From an uncultured Desulfospira sp. (GTDB lineage Bacteria > Desulfobacterota > Desulfobacteria > Desulfobacterales > Desulfobacteraceae): a DNA stretch of 64,000 bases. Shown here piece after piece: positions 21,301-31,949 of this stretch; position 1 is the stretch's first letter; each line of letters starts with the position of its first letter. The notes below the pieces were generated by a model that was not told the origin of the DNA, did no database searches, and saw only the letters and a program-made list of their open reading frames with translations. The position numbers were made by a program, and so were the translations under genes. The stretch spans positions 1,760,001-1,824,000 of the forward strand of contig OY760175.1 of the NCBI GenBank assembly GCA_963663165.1. Direction: 5' to 3'.

Positions 21301-24300
21301 AGGTCTTTGACTATGATGAAGCCTCCAACCTGGTAACCCTTCAGGATGCCCGGGGCAACATCACTAATTTTGAATATGACGCAGCCAACCGGCTGAGAAG
21401 AAAAACCAATGCATTGGGGAATACTGAGGAAACCGGATATGATCCGGCGGACCGGGTGAGAGAAAAAACAGATGCCCGGGGGATCACCACCCTGCTTGAT
21501 TATGATACAGCCGGCAACCTGACCTGCCGGACCCTGGCCGCAGACACGGAAGATGAGACCGTTATCCGGTTTGAATACGACCTGAACAATCAAAAAGAAC
21601 GGGAGATCCATGAAACAGATGGTACAGACCTGATAACGGCGTTCCAATATGACGACCGGGGCCTGTTAACCCACAGAAAAGAGGGGTTCCAGACCGGCGC
21701 CCCGGAAATATGGACCTACGGCTACGACGAGGCCAGGCAGCTTGTCTCCACCACAGACCCCAACGGCAACACCACCCGGGTCTTTTATGATACCGCCGGT
21801 CGCAAGAGCGCACAAACCCAGGCCCAGGGTATGATTGAATACTATTGGGAATATGACCTGGCCGGCAACGTTACCCTTGAAAGAAAACCCGAAGGCGAGG
21901 AGGTCTTAAGCGCCTATGACGCCCTGAACCGCCTGGTTCTGGAAACCAGGGGCGACGACCAGCGCCGATTTGAATATGACAGCCGGGGGCGTCTCACCCG
22001 GGAGGAGAATTTTAACGGGGATGCTACGGAGTACCTGTATGACCAGGCCGGCAGGATGATCCAGGAAACCAAAGCCACAGGCTCTGTGGATGAAGCCGTA
22101 AGCATCTATGATTATGATCAGAACGGCAACCTGATTGCCATCACCAATCCCCTGTCTAAAATAGTGGCATTTGAATATGACGAGCTGAACCAGCGGATCA
22201 AGGAGGCTGACAGCGATACTTCCAGGTTCAAAACCATCACCTATGATGAAAACGGTAATATAAAAACCGTTAAGAAAAGGGACGGCACAGACATCGAGTT
22301 TGTATGGGATAACCTGAACCGGAAGGAAGCAACAAAGGTTGATACGGTAATCCGGCAGACCTTTGATTATGATGTGCTTTCCAGGCTGGTATCTGCCACG
22401 GACACCAACCAGGGCACCGTAACCCACACCGCCACCTTTGATTACAACGACTACGGCCGCCTGGAAACCGAGGCCCAGGACTCGTATACAATCGGAAAAC
22501 TCTATGACAACAACGGCAATAAAATCCAAATCACCTATCCTTCTGGCCGGGTGGTGGATAAGACCTACAATGAAAACAATGCCCTGACCCAAATTCTTTA
22601 CCAGGGAACCACCATTGCCAACCTCACCCGTGACCGGAACAGCCGGCTGACAGCCGCATCCTTCGGAAACGGCACAGGCCTTGCCCTGGACTATGACACC
22701 CGGGAACGGGAAACTTTAAGAACATACACGGATACTTTATTCTCCCAGGAAACAGGATATGATGCCCAAAGCAACATCCTTGAAGAGACGTTAGCCCTGA
22801 ACGGCACCACCCGGGAAAAAGAGTACACCTACGACCACCAGGACAGGCTGGTCACAGCCACACCATCAACGACCTGGGACTATGACAGCGTGGGCAACTG
22901 GCTTTCTACCAACCAGAACGGCACAGCCGAATCAAGAACCGCCAACGATGACAATGAATACACCCTTGTTGACGGCACCGCCTTCATCCATGACCCCAAC
23001 GGCAACCTGACCTCAGACGGTGAAAAAGACTATGTCTACGACTGGGCAAACCGGCTTATCCAGGTGGAGGAAAGCGGTCAGGTCCTGGCCGAGTACACCT
23101 ATGACGCGGTGAACCGCAGGGTTACCAAAACGGTGGGAACGACAGTGACCACCTATGTCTATGACGAAACAGAGGTCATTGAAGAATACACCGGCGGCAC
23201 ATTAAGCCGGTCATATGTTTACTCAAGCAGCATTGATAAACCAATCCTCCTGGAAACCGGCAGCCAATTTTACTACTACATTGCCGACCGCCAGGGAAGC
23301 GTATGGGGCCTCACGGATAACACCGGAAGCCTGGTGGAGTCCTATGAATACACTCCCTTTGGCCTGATGACCATCTACGACAGTCAGGGTCTGGACATCA
23401 CTGCCACCGGCTCCGCCATCGGCAATCCGTTTGGCTTTACCGGCAGAAGATGGGATAGTGAATCAGGACTCTGGTACTACCGCAACCGGATGTACTCCGC
23501 CGAGCTGGGCCGGTTCCTCCAGCGCGACCCGGCTGGTTATGTGGATGGGCTTAACCTGTATCAATATTGTCTAAATAACCCTCTGCGTTATACCGACCCG
23601 GATGGGTTAATGGCAAAGGCTGCTTATGATTGGACTTCAGAAAATGTTCTTGATCCCTCATCTGCGTATGTGTCTGAAGCGGTAACGTATTATGATAACA
23701 AGTGGAATAACGATTATATTGACACGAGTTCTATAATTTATACTAGTGAAAATATAACGAAAAATTCTATTATAGCAAGCAGCCGTAGTTTACTTGAACT
23801 TACTCGGACTATTACCGGGACAATAGCTGTTACTGGCGAACGCTTAGGCTCTGGTTTGAAAGCAAGTTTTCAAAGGAATGAATTATATGAAAATCCAACA
23901 TCTTTTAAAGAATTTTTGTCTGTAGGAAAAGATAGTGGAATAAATCTTGTTTCATATAGTGCCACAGGAAGTTTAGAATCAATTGAGACTGGGCTATTTT
24001 TGGGTGAGATAACTGCTGAAATAGGAACTAATATCATTAATGCAGAAACCGGAGAAAATTATGAAGGTATTGCTACAGACCTACGACAATGTAGAATTAT
24101 AACGAACGCTATCTCAACAGAAGTTTTGGACCAAACAAACAATCTGATTATGGGTAAAGGGCAAGACGTTCCATTCTTCACTTCTGCAAGAAAAGATATT
24201 AGCTCAAGAAGCACCTTGAATCGAACAGAAATATCTACGTTATTTGGTGATATTGCTTATGATTCAATAATATTCATGAAACAATGGCATAATCTGAATA

Positions 24301-24308
24301 AGAAATAG
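18360..24308 (+). CDS. Rhs2: signal-peptide Rhs toxin with CT of unrecognised type
   Basis: Start MNYIARNGW follows the leader repeat; hydrophobic signal; GDPVDM; YD repeats; NNPLRYTDPDG; AT-rich variable tail. Confidence 0.9.
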   Translation: MNYIARNGWTFHIAAIIIMISACLCFQPFSSVLGSAASFSTIAAADCVDTGIISFDTCKLSSTTQADWKDKYTTLVNGVETTVKKASETINAAKTYLGDPVDMVTGEFYTEETPDFQIKGRGLDLSIARKYKSKTIYNGPFGYGWTWNHGERILPLTGGDVLYYDNDGDAQEINSNGDGTYTYPKGSQFVLTMESGEYVITRNRTRLRSFFSGQGYLIRKADRFGNTLTFEYNNAGHPEQLTHIKDNLLVNGQPRSLELTYNSSGKVTSVTDFEGRTCSYHYLGDDLIEFRGLDYQASPGNATRYEYLSGQANEFLNHNMTKYTLPGGDYLEIGYYKNDQAAFHRNAKGETFNFMYSRLNRYAETWNEEGYYRKLFFNEANDVIRIANEDGTIEQMAYDEYGHHNKISHTDGNGYTTTFQYYPEGTAEPAREAFVKNRNLYLKTDALGRTWKYRYDDANNPYAPSQATDPADHITRFEYYTNGSLHKKIQAPGYKFDDDGGLVEDATAQGFVTAYEYDAYGHTIKITDPLNKFEERIYDTANNLYLMVLKDKRGNETRYQYYEDFSENMPIGALKSKTVISGTKEYTTTYQYDPLGRKTRETDPLLQETEYQYTLDGKLKKIIKPNQAVTEHIYDTARDIVSGAQIIETIDPLGNSEHFSYDATGKLIKKQDKNGNTYTFSYDAMGRLAKEVDPFRTIRMYTYDGNGNKTSVRLYDQAGELLKETRFTYDAANQLVEKTIPCQFEEDACEKVIQYQYSLDGKPEKETILFPDEEADLVSFYEYNALGHLKQSTTGYGTDDARTTQYRHDALGRLTRTILPLGNSKQNEYDANGNVTEIRFFDRNGNLLEETSHLYDARNLLEGTVNPLGDSIYYSHDALGRKDSQSQVLASGDVIEYQWQYDEVGNVIQETDPLGRLTRHGYDLNGRKTRTVDALGQTVAFEYDPNGNQTAVTWPDQSRTTTYYDALNRKIGVEDELGHVQVFDYDEASNLVTLQDARGNITNFEYDAANRLRRKTNALGNTEETGYDPADRVREKTDARGITTLLDYDTAGNLTCRTLAADTEDETVIRFEYDLNNQKEREIHETDGTDLITAFQYDDRGLLTHRKEGFQTGAPEIWTYGYDEARQLVSTTDPNGNTTRVFYDTAGRKSAQTQAQGMIEYYWEYDLAGNVTLERKPEGEEVLSAYDALNRLVLETRGDDQRRFEYDSRGRLTREENFNGDATEYLYDQAGRMIQETKATGSVDEAVSIYDYDQNGNLIAITNPLSKIVAFEYDELNQRIKEADSDTSRFKTITYDENGNIKTVKKRDGTDIEFVWDNLNRKEATKVDTVIRQTFDYDVLSRLVSATDTNQGTVTHTATFDYNDYGRLETEAQDSYTIGKLYDNNGNKIQITYPSGRVVDKTYNENNALTQILYQGTTIANLTRDRNSRLTAASFGNGTGLALDYDTRERETLRTYTDTLFSQETGYDAQSNILEETLALNGTTREKEYTYDHQDRLVTATPSTTWDYDSVGNWLSTNQNGTAESRTANDDNEYTLVDGTAFIHDPNGNLTSDGEKDYVYDWANRLIQVEESGQVLAEYTYDAVNRRVTKTVGTTVTTYVYDETEVIEEYTGGTLSRSYVYSSSIDKPILLETGSQFYYYIADRQGSVWGLTDNTGSLVESYEYTPFGLMTIYDSQGLDITATGSAIGNPFGFTGRRWDSESGLWYYRNRMYSAELGRFLQRDPAGYVDGLNLYQYCLNNPLRYTDPDGLMAKAAYDWTSENVLDPSSAYVSEAVTYYDNKWNNDYIDTSSIIYTSENITKNSIIASSRSLLELTRTITGTIAVTGERLGSGLKASFQRNELYENPTSFKEFLSVGKDSGINLVSYSATGSLESIETGLFLGEITAEIGTNIINAETGENYEGIATDLRQCRIITNAISTEVLDQTNNLIMGKGQDVPFFTSARKDISSRSTLNRTEISTLFGDIAYDSIIFMKQWHNLNKK

Positions 24309-24321
24309 AGGTAAAACCATT

Positions 24322-24711
24322 TTGGAAAAAATAGATTATTTATTCATATATGTCATTGGACCGGTGATACTTTTATGTTTGATTGGCCTAAAAATATATT
24401 ACCGATTTTATAAAAACAAAAAGCTGCGTAGAGGGCTGTTTTTCAAAAAAAAATGTCCTTACTGTCATAACGAAGTAAAAAAGAATGATAAATTTTGTAT
24501 GAGCTGCGATAAACAAATAGCAGCTATTAACAAAAACGAACTCTTTTGTGATTATTGTGGGGAAATTAATGATATTTATTACTATATAACTTATTGGGAA
24601 TTTTGGATAACGTTCTCCTTGCTGGGTTTAATTGGTATCTTTCCAGGTATAGTCTACATTTTTTTACATTATGACAAAAAAATATGTAAAAAATGTAATC
24701 AGTTCTTATGA
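24322..24711 (+). CDS. Membrane protein with zinc-ribbon CxxC pairs; putative immunity for Rhs2 CT
   Basis: Two hydrophobic segments plus CPYC, CMSC, CDYC and CKKC; directly downstream of Rhs2. Confidence 0.6.
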   Translation: MEKIDYLFIYVIGPVILLCLIGLKIYYRFYKNKKLRRGLFFKKKCPYCHNEVKKNDKFCMSCDKQIAAINKNELFCDYCGEINDIYYYITYWEFWITFSLLGLIGIFPGIVYIFLHYDKKICKKCNQFL

Positions 24712-25035
24712 ATGGGGGGCGTATAGAATTCGGGGGACATACTTAATTATTGTTAATCTCAATTGAGCTGGGGTCGGACCAAGCTAATAGGCTGATATCA
24801 TAACAAAAACCATCGAAAACCACCCCCAAAACAGGGCTATATTGCACTTTTGGGGGCCAAAAAGAGCAATATAGAAAAATAACATGAAAGAATGCGGGGT
24901 CAGGTGTTACTGGCCAAAATCCTGTCAAGTCCGGCAAGTCCGGGGTCGGACCAGGAATAATAAAATGGAGCTGGGGTCGGACCAGGAATAATACAATAAA
25001 TTAAGTCGATTAAGACCCAAAAACACCCTTAAAAT

Positions 25036-25147
25036 GGGGCTATATTGTGTTTTTTGGCCCCAAAATGTCCATTTTAAGAAAAACGATGTTATAAAAGCCC
25101 ATCCGGTTTCATTTCCTTTTGCAAAAAAGAGTGATAGGGAAAGATGT
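25036..25147 (+). repeat. Rhs 5' leader repeat copy
   Basis: Same consensus as 18236-18359, ending gatagggaaagatgt-ATG. Confidence 0.85.
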
Positions 25148-28100
25148 ATGAATTATATTGCCAGAAACGGATGGGCTTTACATATTGCCGCTATCATTAT
25201 TATGATCTCGGCTTGTTTGTCTTTCTATCCTTACTTTCCTGCTCTTGGCAACACAGCATTTTTTTCAACTATTGCCGTCGCTGATTGTGTCGATACCGAC
25301 ACCACCTCCTTTGATGCAGTCAACTTAAACACTTCAATCCAAGACGCCTGGAAAGATAAATACACCACCGTAGTCAAAGGTGTTGAAATAACCGTTAAAA
25401 AGACGTCCGAAACAGTCAATGCCGCCACAATTTCCCTTGGCGACCCCGTAGACATGGTAACCGGAGAATTCTACACGGAAGCCCCACCTGATTTCAAGGT
25501 CAAAGGCCGTGGCGTTGACCTGTCCATTGTCCGCAAATATAAAAGCAAAACTATATACAACGGCCCTTTTGGTTACGGCTGGACCTGGAACCACGGGGAA
25601 CGCATTCTGCCTTTGACCGGAAACGATCTTAAATACTATAACAACGACGGGGACGCTCTGGAGATTACGTCCAACGGCGACGGGACATATACCTATCCCC
25701 GGGGGGCGCAGTTTGTTTTGACCATAGAATCCGGGGAATACGTCATCACCCAAAACCGGACCGGCTTAAAATCCTATTTTTCCGACCAGGGGGATCTGGT
25801 CAGAAAAGAGGACAGGTTCGGCAATACCCTGACATTTGAACACAGTGACACCAGTTATCCGGGCCGGATTACCGCCATAACGGACGGCTTAGGCCGGTCC
25901 CTGACCCTGGACTACAACTCAAGCGGCAAGGTCACCAGCGTAACGGACTTTGAAGGCCGGTCCTGTTCCTACCATTACAATGATATCACTTCCGGAGACG
26001 GACTCGGGGACGACCTGATTGAATTCAGGGGGCTGGATTACCAGGCAGCCCTTGATAACGCCACCCGGTACGAATATTTGTCCAATCAGGAAAACGTATA
26101 CCTGAACCATAACATGACCAAGTACACCCTGCCGGGCGGGGATTATCTTGAGATCGGGTATTATAAAAACGACCAGGCGGCCTATCATACCAACACCAAG
26201 GGCGAGACCTTCAACTTCATGTACAGCCGGTTGAACCGGTATGCAGAAACCTGGAACGAAGAGGGGTATTACCGGAAGGTCTTTTTCAACGAAGCCAATG
26301 ACGTTATCCGGGTCGCCAATGAGGACGGCACCATTGAACAGATGGAGTATGATGAATACGGCCATCATAATAAGATTTCCCATACGGACGGCAATGGCTA
26401 CACAACCACATTTGATTATTACCCGGACGGCGCAACTGATCCTGAAGCTTATGTCAAAAAACGGAATTTGTATCTCAAAACCGATGCTCTGAATCGCACC
26501 TGGGCTTACCAGTATAATGATACAAATAACGCCTATGCGCCGTCCCAGGTAACAGACCCTGCCGGAAATATCACAAAGTTCGAATATAGTTCCAACGGCA
26601 GCCTGTCTAAGAAAATCCAGGCACCGGGGTACACTTATGATGCCGGCGGTGATCTGGTCGCGGACTCAAATGCTACCGGATTCGAAACCGTATACGACTA
26701 TGACGATTACGGAAATATCACCAAAATCACAGACTCTTTAGGCCAGTATGAAGAACGGACCTATGATGCAAACAGCCTCTATCTTGTGGCCCAAAAAGAT
26801 AAGCTGGGCAACGAAACCCAATACCTGTATTACGAAGACATTACGGAAAATATGCCAATAGGGGCGGTAAAATCCGTAACAGTTGTATCCGGAACCAATG
26901 AATACACCACGACCTATGAGTATGACCAACTGGGCCGGAAAACCAAGGAAACAAACGCCCTTAATCAGGAGACCGAATATCAATACACCCTTGACGGCAA
27001 GCTTGAAAAAACAATTAAACCCAATGGTGCCGTAACCCGGCATGTCTATGATGTGGCCCGGGACATCGTGTCCGGAGCCCAGATCATAGAAACCATAGAT
27101 CCGTTGGGGAATTCGGTTCATTTTTCCTATGACGCCACAGGCAAGCTGGTTAAAAAGCAGGATAAGAACGGGAATATCTTCACGTTTAGCTACGACAAAA
27201 TGGGCCGCCTTGCCAAGGAGGTTGACCCGTTCAGAACCGTCAAGAATTCTGTTTATGACGGCAACGGCAACAAAACCGCTATTAAGCTTTATAACCAGGC
27301 AGGCGAACTGCTCAAGGAAACTCTATTTACCTATAACGCCGCCAACCAACTGGTGAGAACAACCATCCCCTGCGATTTTGAAGAAGATGGTTGTGAAAAA
27401 ACAATTCAGTATCAGTACACCCTTGACGGCAAACCACAGAGCCAGACCATTGTTTTTCCGGAAGGAGACGATTTAGTCACCTATTATCAATACAATGCCC
27501 TGGGCCTATTAATACAGGAAACCAAAGGATACGGAACCGCTGACGCCCGGGCAACCCAATACAGATATGATGCCATGGGCCGGTTAACCCAGACCATATT
27601 TGCGCTGGGCAATTCTGAAATCCGTGAATACGATGCCAACGGCAATGTAATCGCCGTAAAGCTCTATGACCAGTCCGGCACCCTGCTGGAAGAGACTGAA
27701 AACATTTATGATGCCCGTAATCTTTTAGTTGAAACCGTTAATCCTCTGGGAAACAGCACATACTACACCTATGACGCCCTGGGAAGAAAGACGGAACAAT
27801 CACAGTTCCTGACCGAATCCGGGGATATTATTCAATACCAGTGGACGTATGACAGCGTGGGTAACGTAATCCAGTTGACTGACCCTTTGAATCGGTTGAC
27901 CCGGCACGGATATGACCTGAACAACCGGAAAACCAAAACCGTTGACGCCCTGGGCCAAACCACAGCCTTTGAATACGACCCCAATGGCAATCTGGTGGCC
28001 GTCACCTATCCGGACTTGAGTCGGACTGTTACCTATTATGACGCCCTGAACCGAAAAATCGGTGTTGAAGATGAACTGGGCTATATTCAGACCTTTGACT

Positions 28101-31003
28101 ATGATGAAGACTCCAACCTGGTGTCCCACCTGGATGCCCGGAAGGGGATCTCCACCTTTGAATATGATGCGGCCAAGCGGTTGAGAAGAAAAACCAATGC
28201 CCTTGGATATACTGAAGAGACCGAATACGACCCGGCAGACCGGGTAATTCAGACAACAGACGCCAGGGGGATTATAACCCTGCTTTCATATGATGCCGCA
28301 AGCAACCTGGTCAGCCAGACCCTGGCTTCCGGCACAGATGATCAAACCGTTACCCAATTTGAATATGACCTCAACAACCGGAAAATCAGAGAGATCCATG
28401 AGACAACCCAAGGGGACCAGATTACAGCCTTCGAATATGACGACCGGGGCTTGCTGACCCACAGGAAAAACGGATTCCACACCGGTTCCCCGGAAATCTG
28501 GGAATATGAATATGATAAAGCCAGGCAACTGGTGGCGACCATTGATCCCAACGGTAACACCATCCAGGTGTTTTATGATGCCGTTGGCCGCAAAAAAGCC
28601 CAGACCCAGGCCCAGGGCCTGGTGAAATATTACTGGGAGTACGACCTGGCCGGAAACGTCACCCTTGAAAGAAAACCCGAGGGAGAGGAAATCCAGAACG
28701 CCTATGATGCCCTTAACCGCCTGGTTCTGGAAACCAGGGGGGGCGACCAGCGCCGGTTTGAATATGACAGCCGGGGGCATCTTACCCGGGAAGAGAATTT
28801 TAACGGGGATGCCACGCAATACCAATATGATTTAGCCGGCAGAATGACCCAAAAAACAGAAGCCGCCGGTACGGTCGATGAAGCCGTAAGCACCTATGAA
28901 TATGATGAAAACGGCAACCTGGTTGCTATCACCAATCCTTTGCTTAAAACCGTGTCCTTTGAATATGATGCGCTGAATCAGCGGATTACAGAAACCGACA
29001 GTGATCTCACTGTCAAAACCATCACCTATGATGAAAACGGTAATACCCTGTCCATTGAAAAAAAGGACGGCACAGACATAGAGTTTGTCTGGGATAATCT
29101 GAACCGGAAGATTGAGGTTATTGCTGACAACACCACTCAGCAAACCTTTGGTTATGACGAGCTTTCCAGACTGGTTACTGCAACGGACAGCACTCACACA
29201 ACCACGTTCGCTTACAACGACTACGGATGCCTTATAACAGAAACCCAAGGGTCTTATGAAGTTGCAAAACTCTACGATGCCAACGGAAACAAAACCCAAA
29301 TTACCTATCCATCAGGCCGGGTAGTTGAAAAAAATTACAACGAAAACGACGCACTGACGAAAATCATTTACCAGGGCAGCTCTATAGCCAAACTTACCCA
29401 CGACCGTAATAACCGGCTGACAGCCGTATCTTATGGGAACGGGACAGGCCTTACCCTGGCCTATGATGACCGGGAACGTGAAGTCTCAAGGACTTATACG
29501 GGCTCTCTCTTTGCCCAGACAACGGGATATGACGCCCAGGGCAACATCCTCGAAGAGACGTTAGATCGGAACGGCACCAGCCAGACAAAGGATTACACGT
29601 ACGACCATTTGGACAGGTTGGTTGACGATACCACTTCAACAACCTGGGACCATGACGGAGTGGGCAACTGGCTGGCAACCAACCAAAACGGCGAGGCTGA
29701 AACAAGAACCCCCAACGATGATAACGAATACGCTTCCGTCAACGGTGTTGCTTATTCTTATGACAACAACGGGAACCTGACCTCGGATGGTACGAAAGAT
29801 TACACTTACGACTGGGCAGACCGGCTTATCCAGGTTGAAAACAGCGGCCAGGTCCTGGCTGCGTATACTTATGATGCTTTGAACCGCAGGGTTACCCGGG
29901 TTGTCGGGACCGAAGCAACAACCTTTGTTTATGACGGATCAGATGTCATTGAAGAATACACGGATGGCGTATTCGACCGATCCTTTGTTTACGGCAGTAC
30001 CATTGATGAACCGATCCTTTTGGAAACCGGCGGCCTGCTTTATTATTATGTTGCCGGTCGCCAGGGAAGTGTCCGGGTGATTGCTGATGATGCCGGGGCA
30101 TTGGTGGAATCATATGAATACAGTCCGTTCGGCCTGATGTCCATCTACGACAGCCTGGAGCAGGATATCACTTCAACAGGTTCCTCCATCGGTAACCCGT
30201 TCGGATATACCGGCAGAAGATGGGATATTGAATCCGGACTGTGGCATTACCGGAACCGGACTTATTCTGCTGAACTGGGGCGGTTCCTGCAACGGGACCC
30301 TGCCGGGTATGTGGATGGATTGAATCTTTATGTTGCATGCTTGAATAATCCCTTGCGGTACACTGACCCTGATGGGTTGATGGCACGGACCGCTTGGGAT
30401 TATACCGAAAGATCAGGCGAACAGCTTCTTTTGGGAAATTATTCGGATGAAGTGACCCTGTTGGGGACAGGAGCTCAGATTGTAACCGGCCTTTTTGATC
30501 TTGACCTTCCTGGTGACATAAGGGACATAACTTATGATATTCAGAATTGGGAGTGGTCATGGTCGCATGCGGGGCAGACTGCCATTGATACAGTAGGGCT
30601 TTTACCAATAATCGGTGCGATAAAATACACTGATGAGACCAAAACACTTATTAAGGGACTGGATAACGTTGATGAAGTTTCAAACAGTGGATTGAAAGCT
30701 TTATCCAAAGCAGATGACTTTGGTATACAATCATACAATAACCTTAAAAAATTGACAAAAGGTACTAATCTTCAATCACACCATTTAATAGAGAAACGTT
30801 TTGCTGATATTATGGGGATAAAACCGGGAGAGATGGATGCTATAGCTGTCACCAAAACTGAACATCAAGCCTTTACAAATGCCTGGAGAAAGGCAATACC
30901 CTACGGAGAAGGCACTGCTAACGCCACTCAACAACAAATCCAAAACGCTGCGAGGCAAATATACAAGGAATATCCAGAGGTAATAAAGGCTCTGGGGCTT
31001 TAG
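25148..31003 (+). CDS. Rhs3: signal-peptide Rhs toxin with HNH/EndoVII-like CT (SHH signature)
   Basis: MNYIARNGW start; Rhs core; NNPLRYTDPDG; CT LQSHHLIEKRFA...AIAVTKTEHQAFTNAW. Confidence 0.9.
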   Translation: MNYIARNGWALHIAAIIIMISACLSFYPYFPALGNTAFFSTIAVADCVDTDTTSFDAVNLNTSIQDAWKDKYTTVVKGVEITVKKTSETVNAATISLGDPVDMVTGEFYTEAPPDFKVKGRGVDLSIVRKYKSKTIYNGPFGYGWTWNHGERILPLTGNDLKYYNNDGDALEITSNGDGTYTYPRGAQFVLTIESGEYVITQNRTGLKSYFSDQGDLVRKEDRFGNTLTFEHSDTSYPGRITAITDGLGRSLTLDYNSSGKVTSVTDFEGRSCSYHYNDITSGDGLGDDLIEFRGLDYQAALDNATRYEYLSNQENVYLNHNMTKYTLPGGDYLEIGYYKNDQAAYHTNTKGETFNFMYSRLNRYAETWNEEGYYRKVFFNEANDVIRVANEDGTIEQMEYDEYGHHNKISHTDGNGYTTTFDYYPDGATDPEAYVKKRNLYLKTDALNRTWAYQYNDTNNAYAPSQVTDPAGNITKFEYSSNGSLSKKIQAPGYTYDAGGDLVADSNATGFETVYDYDDYGNITKITDSLGQYEERTYDANSLYLVAQKDKLGNETQYLYYEDITENMPIGAVKSVTVVSGTNEYTTTYEYDQLGRKTKETNALNQETEYQYTLDGKLEKTIKPNGAVTRHVYDVARDIVSGAQIIETIDPLGNSVHFSYDATGKLVKKQDKNGNIFTFSYDKMGRLAKEVDPFRTVKNSVYDGNGNKTAIKLYNQAGELLKETLFTYNAANQLVRTTIPCDFEEDGCEKTIQYQYTLDGKPQSQTIVFPEGDDLVTYYQYNALGLLIQETKGYGTADARATQYRYDAMGRLTQTIFALGNSEIREYDANGNVIAVKLYDQSGTLLEETENIYDARNLLVETVNPLGNSTYYTYDALGRKTEQSQFLTESGDIIQYQWTYDSVGNVIQLTDPLNRLTRHGYDLNNRKTKTVDALGQTTAFEYDPNGNLVAVTYPDLSRTVTYYDALNRKIGVEDELGYIQTFDYDEDSNLVSHLDARKGISTFEYDAAKRLRRKTNALGYTEETEYDPADRVIQTTDARGIITLLSYDAASNLVSQTLASGTDDQTVTQFEYDLNNRKIREIHETTQGDQITAFEYDDRGLLTHRKNGFHTGSPEIWEYEYDKARQLVATIDPNGNTIQVFYDAVGRKKAQTQAQGLVKYYWEYDLAGNVTLERKPEGEEIQNAYDALNRLVLETRGGDQRRFEYDSRGHLTREENFNGDATQYQYDLAGRMTQKTEAAGTVDEAVSTYEYDENGNLVAITNPLLKTVSFEYDALNQRITETDSDLTVKTITYDENGNTLSIEKKDGTDIEFVWDNLNRKIEVIADNTTQQTFGYDELSRLVTATDSTHTTTFAYNDYGCLITETQGSYEVAKLYDANGNKTQITYPSGRVVEKNYNENDALTKIIYQGSSIAKLTHDRNNRLTAVSYGNGTGLTLAYDDREREVSRTYTGSLFAQTTGYDAQGNILEETLDRNGTSQTKDYTYDHLDRLVDDTTSTTWDHDGVGNWLATNQNGEAETRTPNDDNEYASVNGVAYSYDNNGNLTSDGTKDYTYDWADRLIQVENSGQVLAAYTYDALNRRVTRVVGTEATTFVYDGSDVIEEYTDGVFDRSFVYGSTIDEPILLETGGLLYYYVAGRQGSVRVIADDAGALVESYEYSPFGLMSIYDSLEQDITSTGSSIGNPFGYTGRRWDIESGLWHYRNRTYSAELGRFLQRDPAGYVDGLNLYVACLNNPLRYTDPDGLMARTAWDYTERSGEQLLLGNYSDEVTLLGTGAQIVTGLFDLDLPGDIRDITYDIQNWEWSWSHAGQTAIDTVGLLPIIGAIKYTDETKTLIKGLDNVDEVSNSGLKALSKADDFGIQSYNNLKKLTKGTNLQSHHLIEKRFADIMGIKPGEMDAIAVTKTEHQAFTNAWRKAIPYGEGTANATQQQIQNAARQIYKEYPEVIKALGL

Positions 31004-31012
31004 GAAGATACA

Positions 31013-31798
31013 ATGAAGATAACACACAAAATATCTTTATCTGTTGATAAAAAAATAAAGAAGACACTATCAAACCTTGGAATAGACGTTCAACTCGGTT
31101 TTGAGAGTTTTGAAATTGATGAAAGTCTTTCAGCTTGGTCTGAGCTTGAGCCTTTAATACAAGACTGGCAGGCTGTTGATGTAGTCAAAACAAAGTTTAC
31201 CAAATCTGAACTTGATAATGCAAAATATCTTAAATTATCTGCTGACTGGCATTGGGGCTACCCACAACCAGATGAGGATTTTGGATATCTTGATAAAAGT
31301 TATGATTTGTCAACATATTCTAAACATTCAGGAATTGGCAAGGTACAAAAAGCTCCTATCAGAATCAAGGGAGAGCCAAGATGGGGCAAGAAAAATATTT
31401 TGCAACTAAATTGGCTTTATGATCTTTTTTTTATCCAACCCAATATTTGGGAATCAATATTCAAACCATTAAATGTTGAAAACATGCCTGTTATAGATCA
31501 TAAAAAGAATACAATTGCCAAAACGATTCTACAACTCGTACCACAGGGAATGGCTGAATTAAAGCTTTCGGGATACCCAAGTAAAACTTGTCCTGATACT
31601 TGCGTTGAAAAATATTTACCTATCACCAAGGGTTTCTTCCCCTCTATTCAAAACGATGATGGTTTAGATTTTATACAAAGCAAAGAATTTTTTGGGAGTG
31701 GTCATTCAGCTTTCCAAGCAACTATTATTTCGGCTTCTTTGTATAAAAAATTGATCAATTATAAAATTAAAGGGATAAAGTTTACTCCGCTGCAATAA
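31013..31798 (+). CDS. Putative immunity protein for Rhs3 CT
   Basis: AT-rich ORF starting 9 bp after the toxin stop. Confidence 0.7.
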   Translation: MKITHKISLSVDKKIKKTLSNLGIDVQLGFESFEIDESLSAWSELEPLIQDWQAVDVVKTKFTKSELDNAKYLKLSADWHWGYPQPDEDFGYLDKSYDLSTYSKHSGIGKVQKAPIRIKGEPRWGKKNILQLNWLYDLFFIQPNIWESIFKPLNVENMPVIDHKKNTIAKTILQLVPQGMAELKLSGYPSKTCPDTCVEKYLPITKGFFPSIQNDDGLDFIQSKEFFGSGHSAFQATIISASLYKKLINYKIKGIKFTPLQ

Positions 31799-31834
31799 TA
31801 TTGAGCCTCCCCATAGCTAAAGCTATGGGAACGA

Positions 31835-31948
31835 GGACTGGATCTGCAATACGATCTATATGTAAGACCAACGACAAAGTTGTCCGGGCCTTTGCAAGAA
31901 GCTATTAAAGAAGGATCAATCAATTTAAAAATAATTCCAGGGATGTAA
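31835..31948 (+). pseudogene. Remnant 3' end of a Tox-REase-7-like toxin
   Basis: Translates as GLDLQYDLYVRPTTKLSGPLQEAIKEGSINLKIIPGM*, matching the C-terminal pattern I recognise for Tox-REase-7. Abuts the next gene. Confidence 0.6.
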
Positions 31949-31949
31949 A

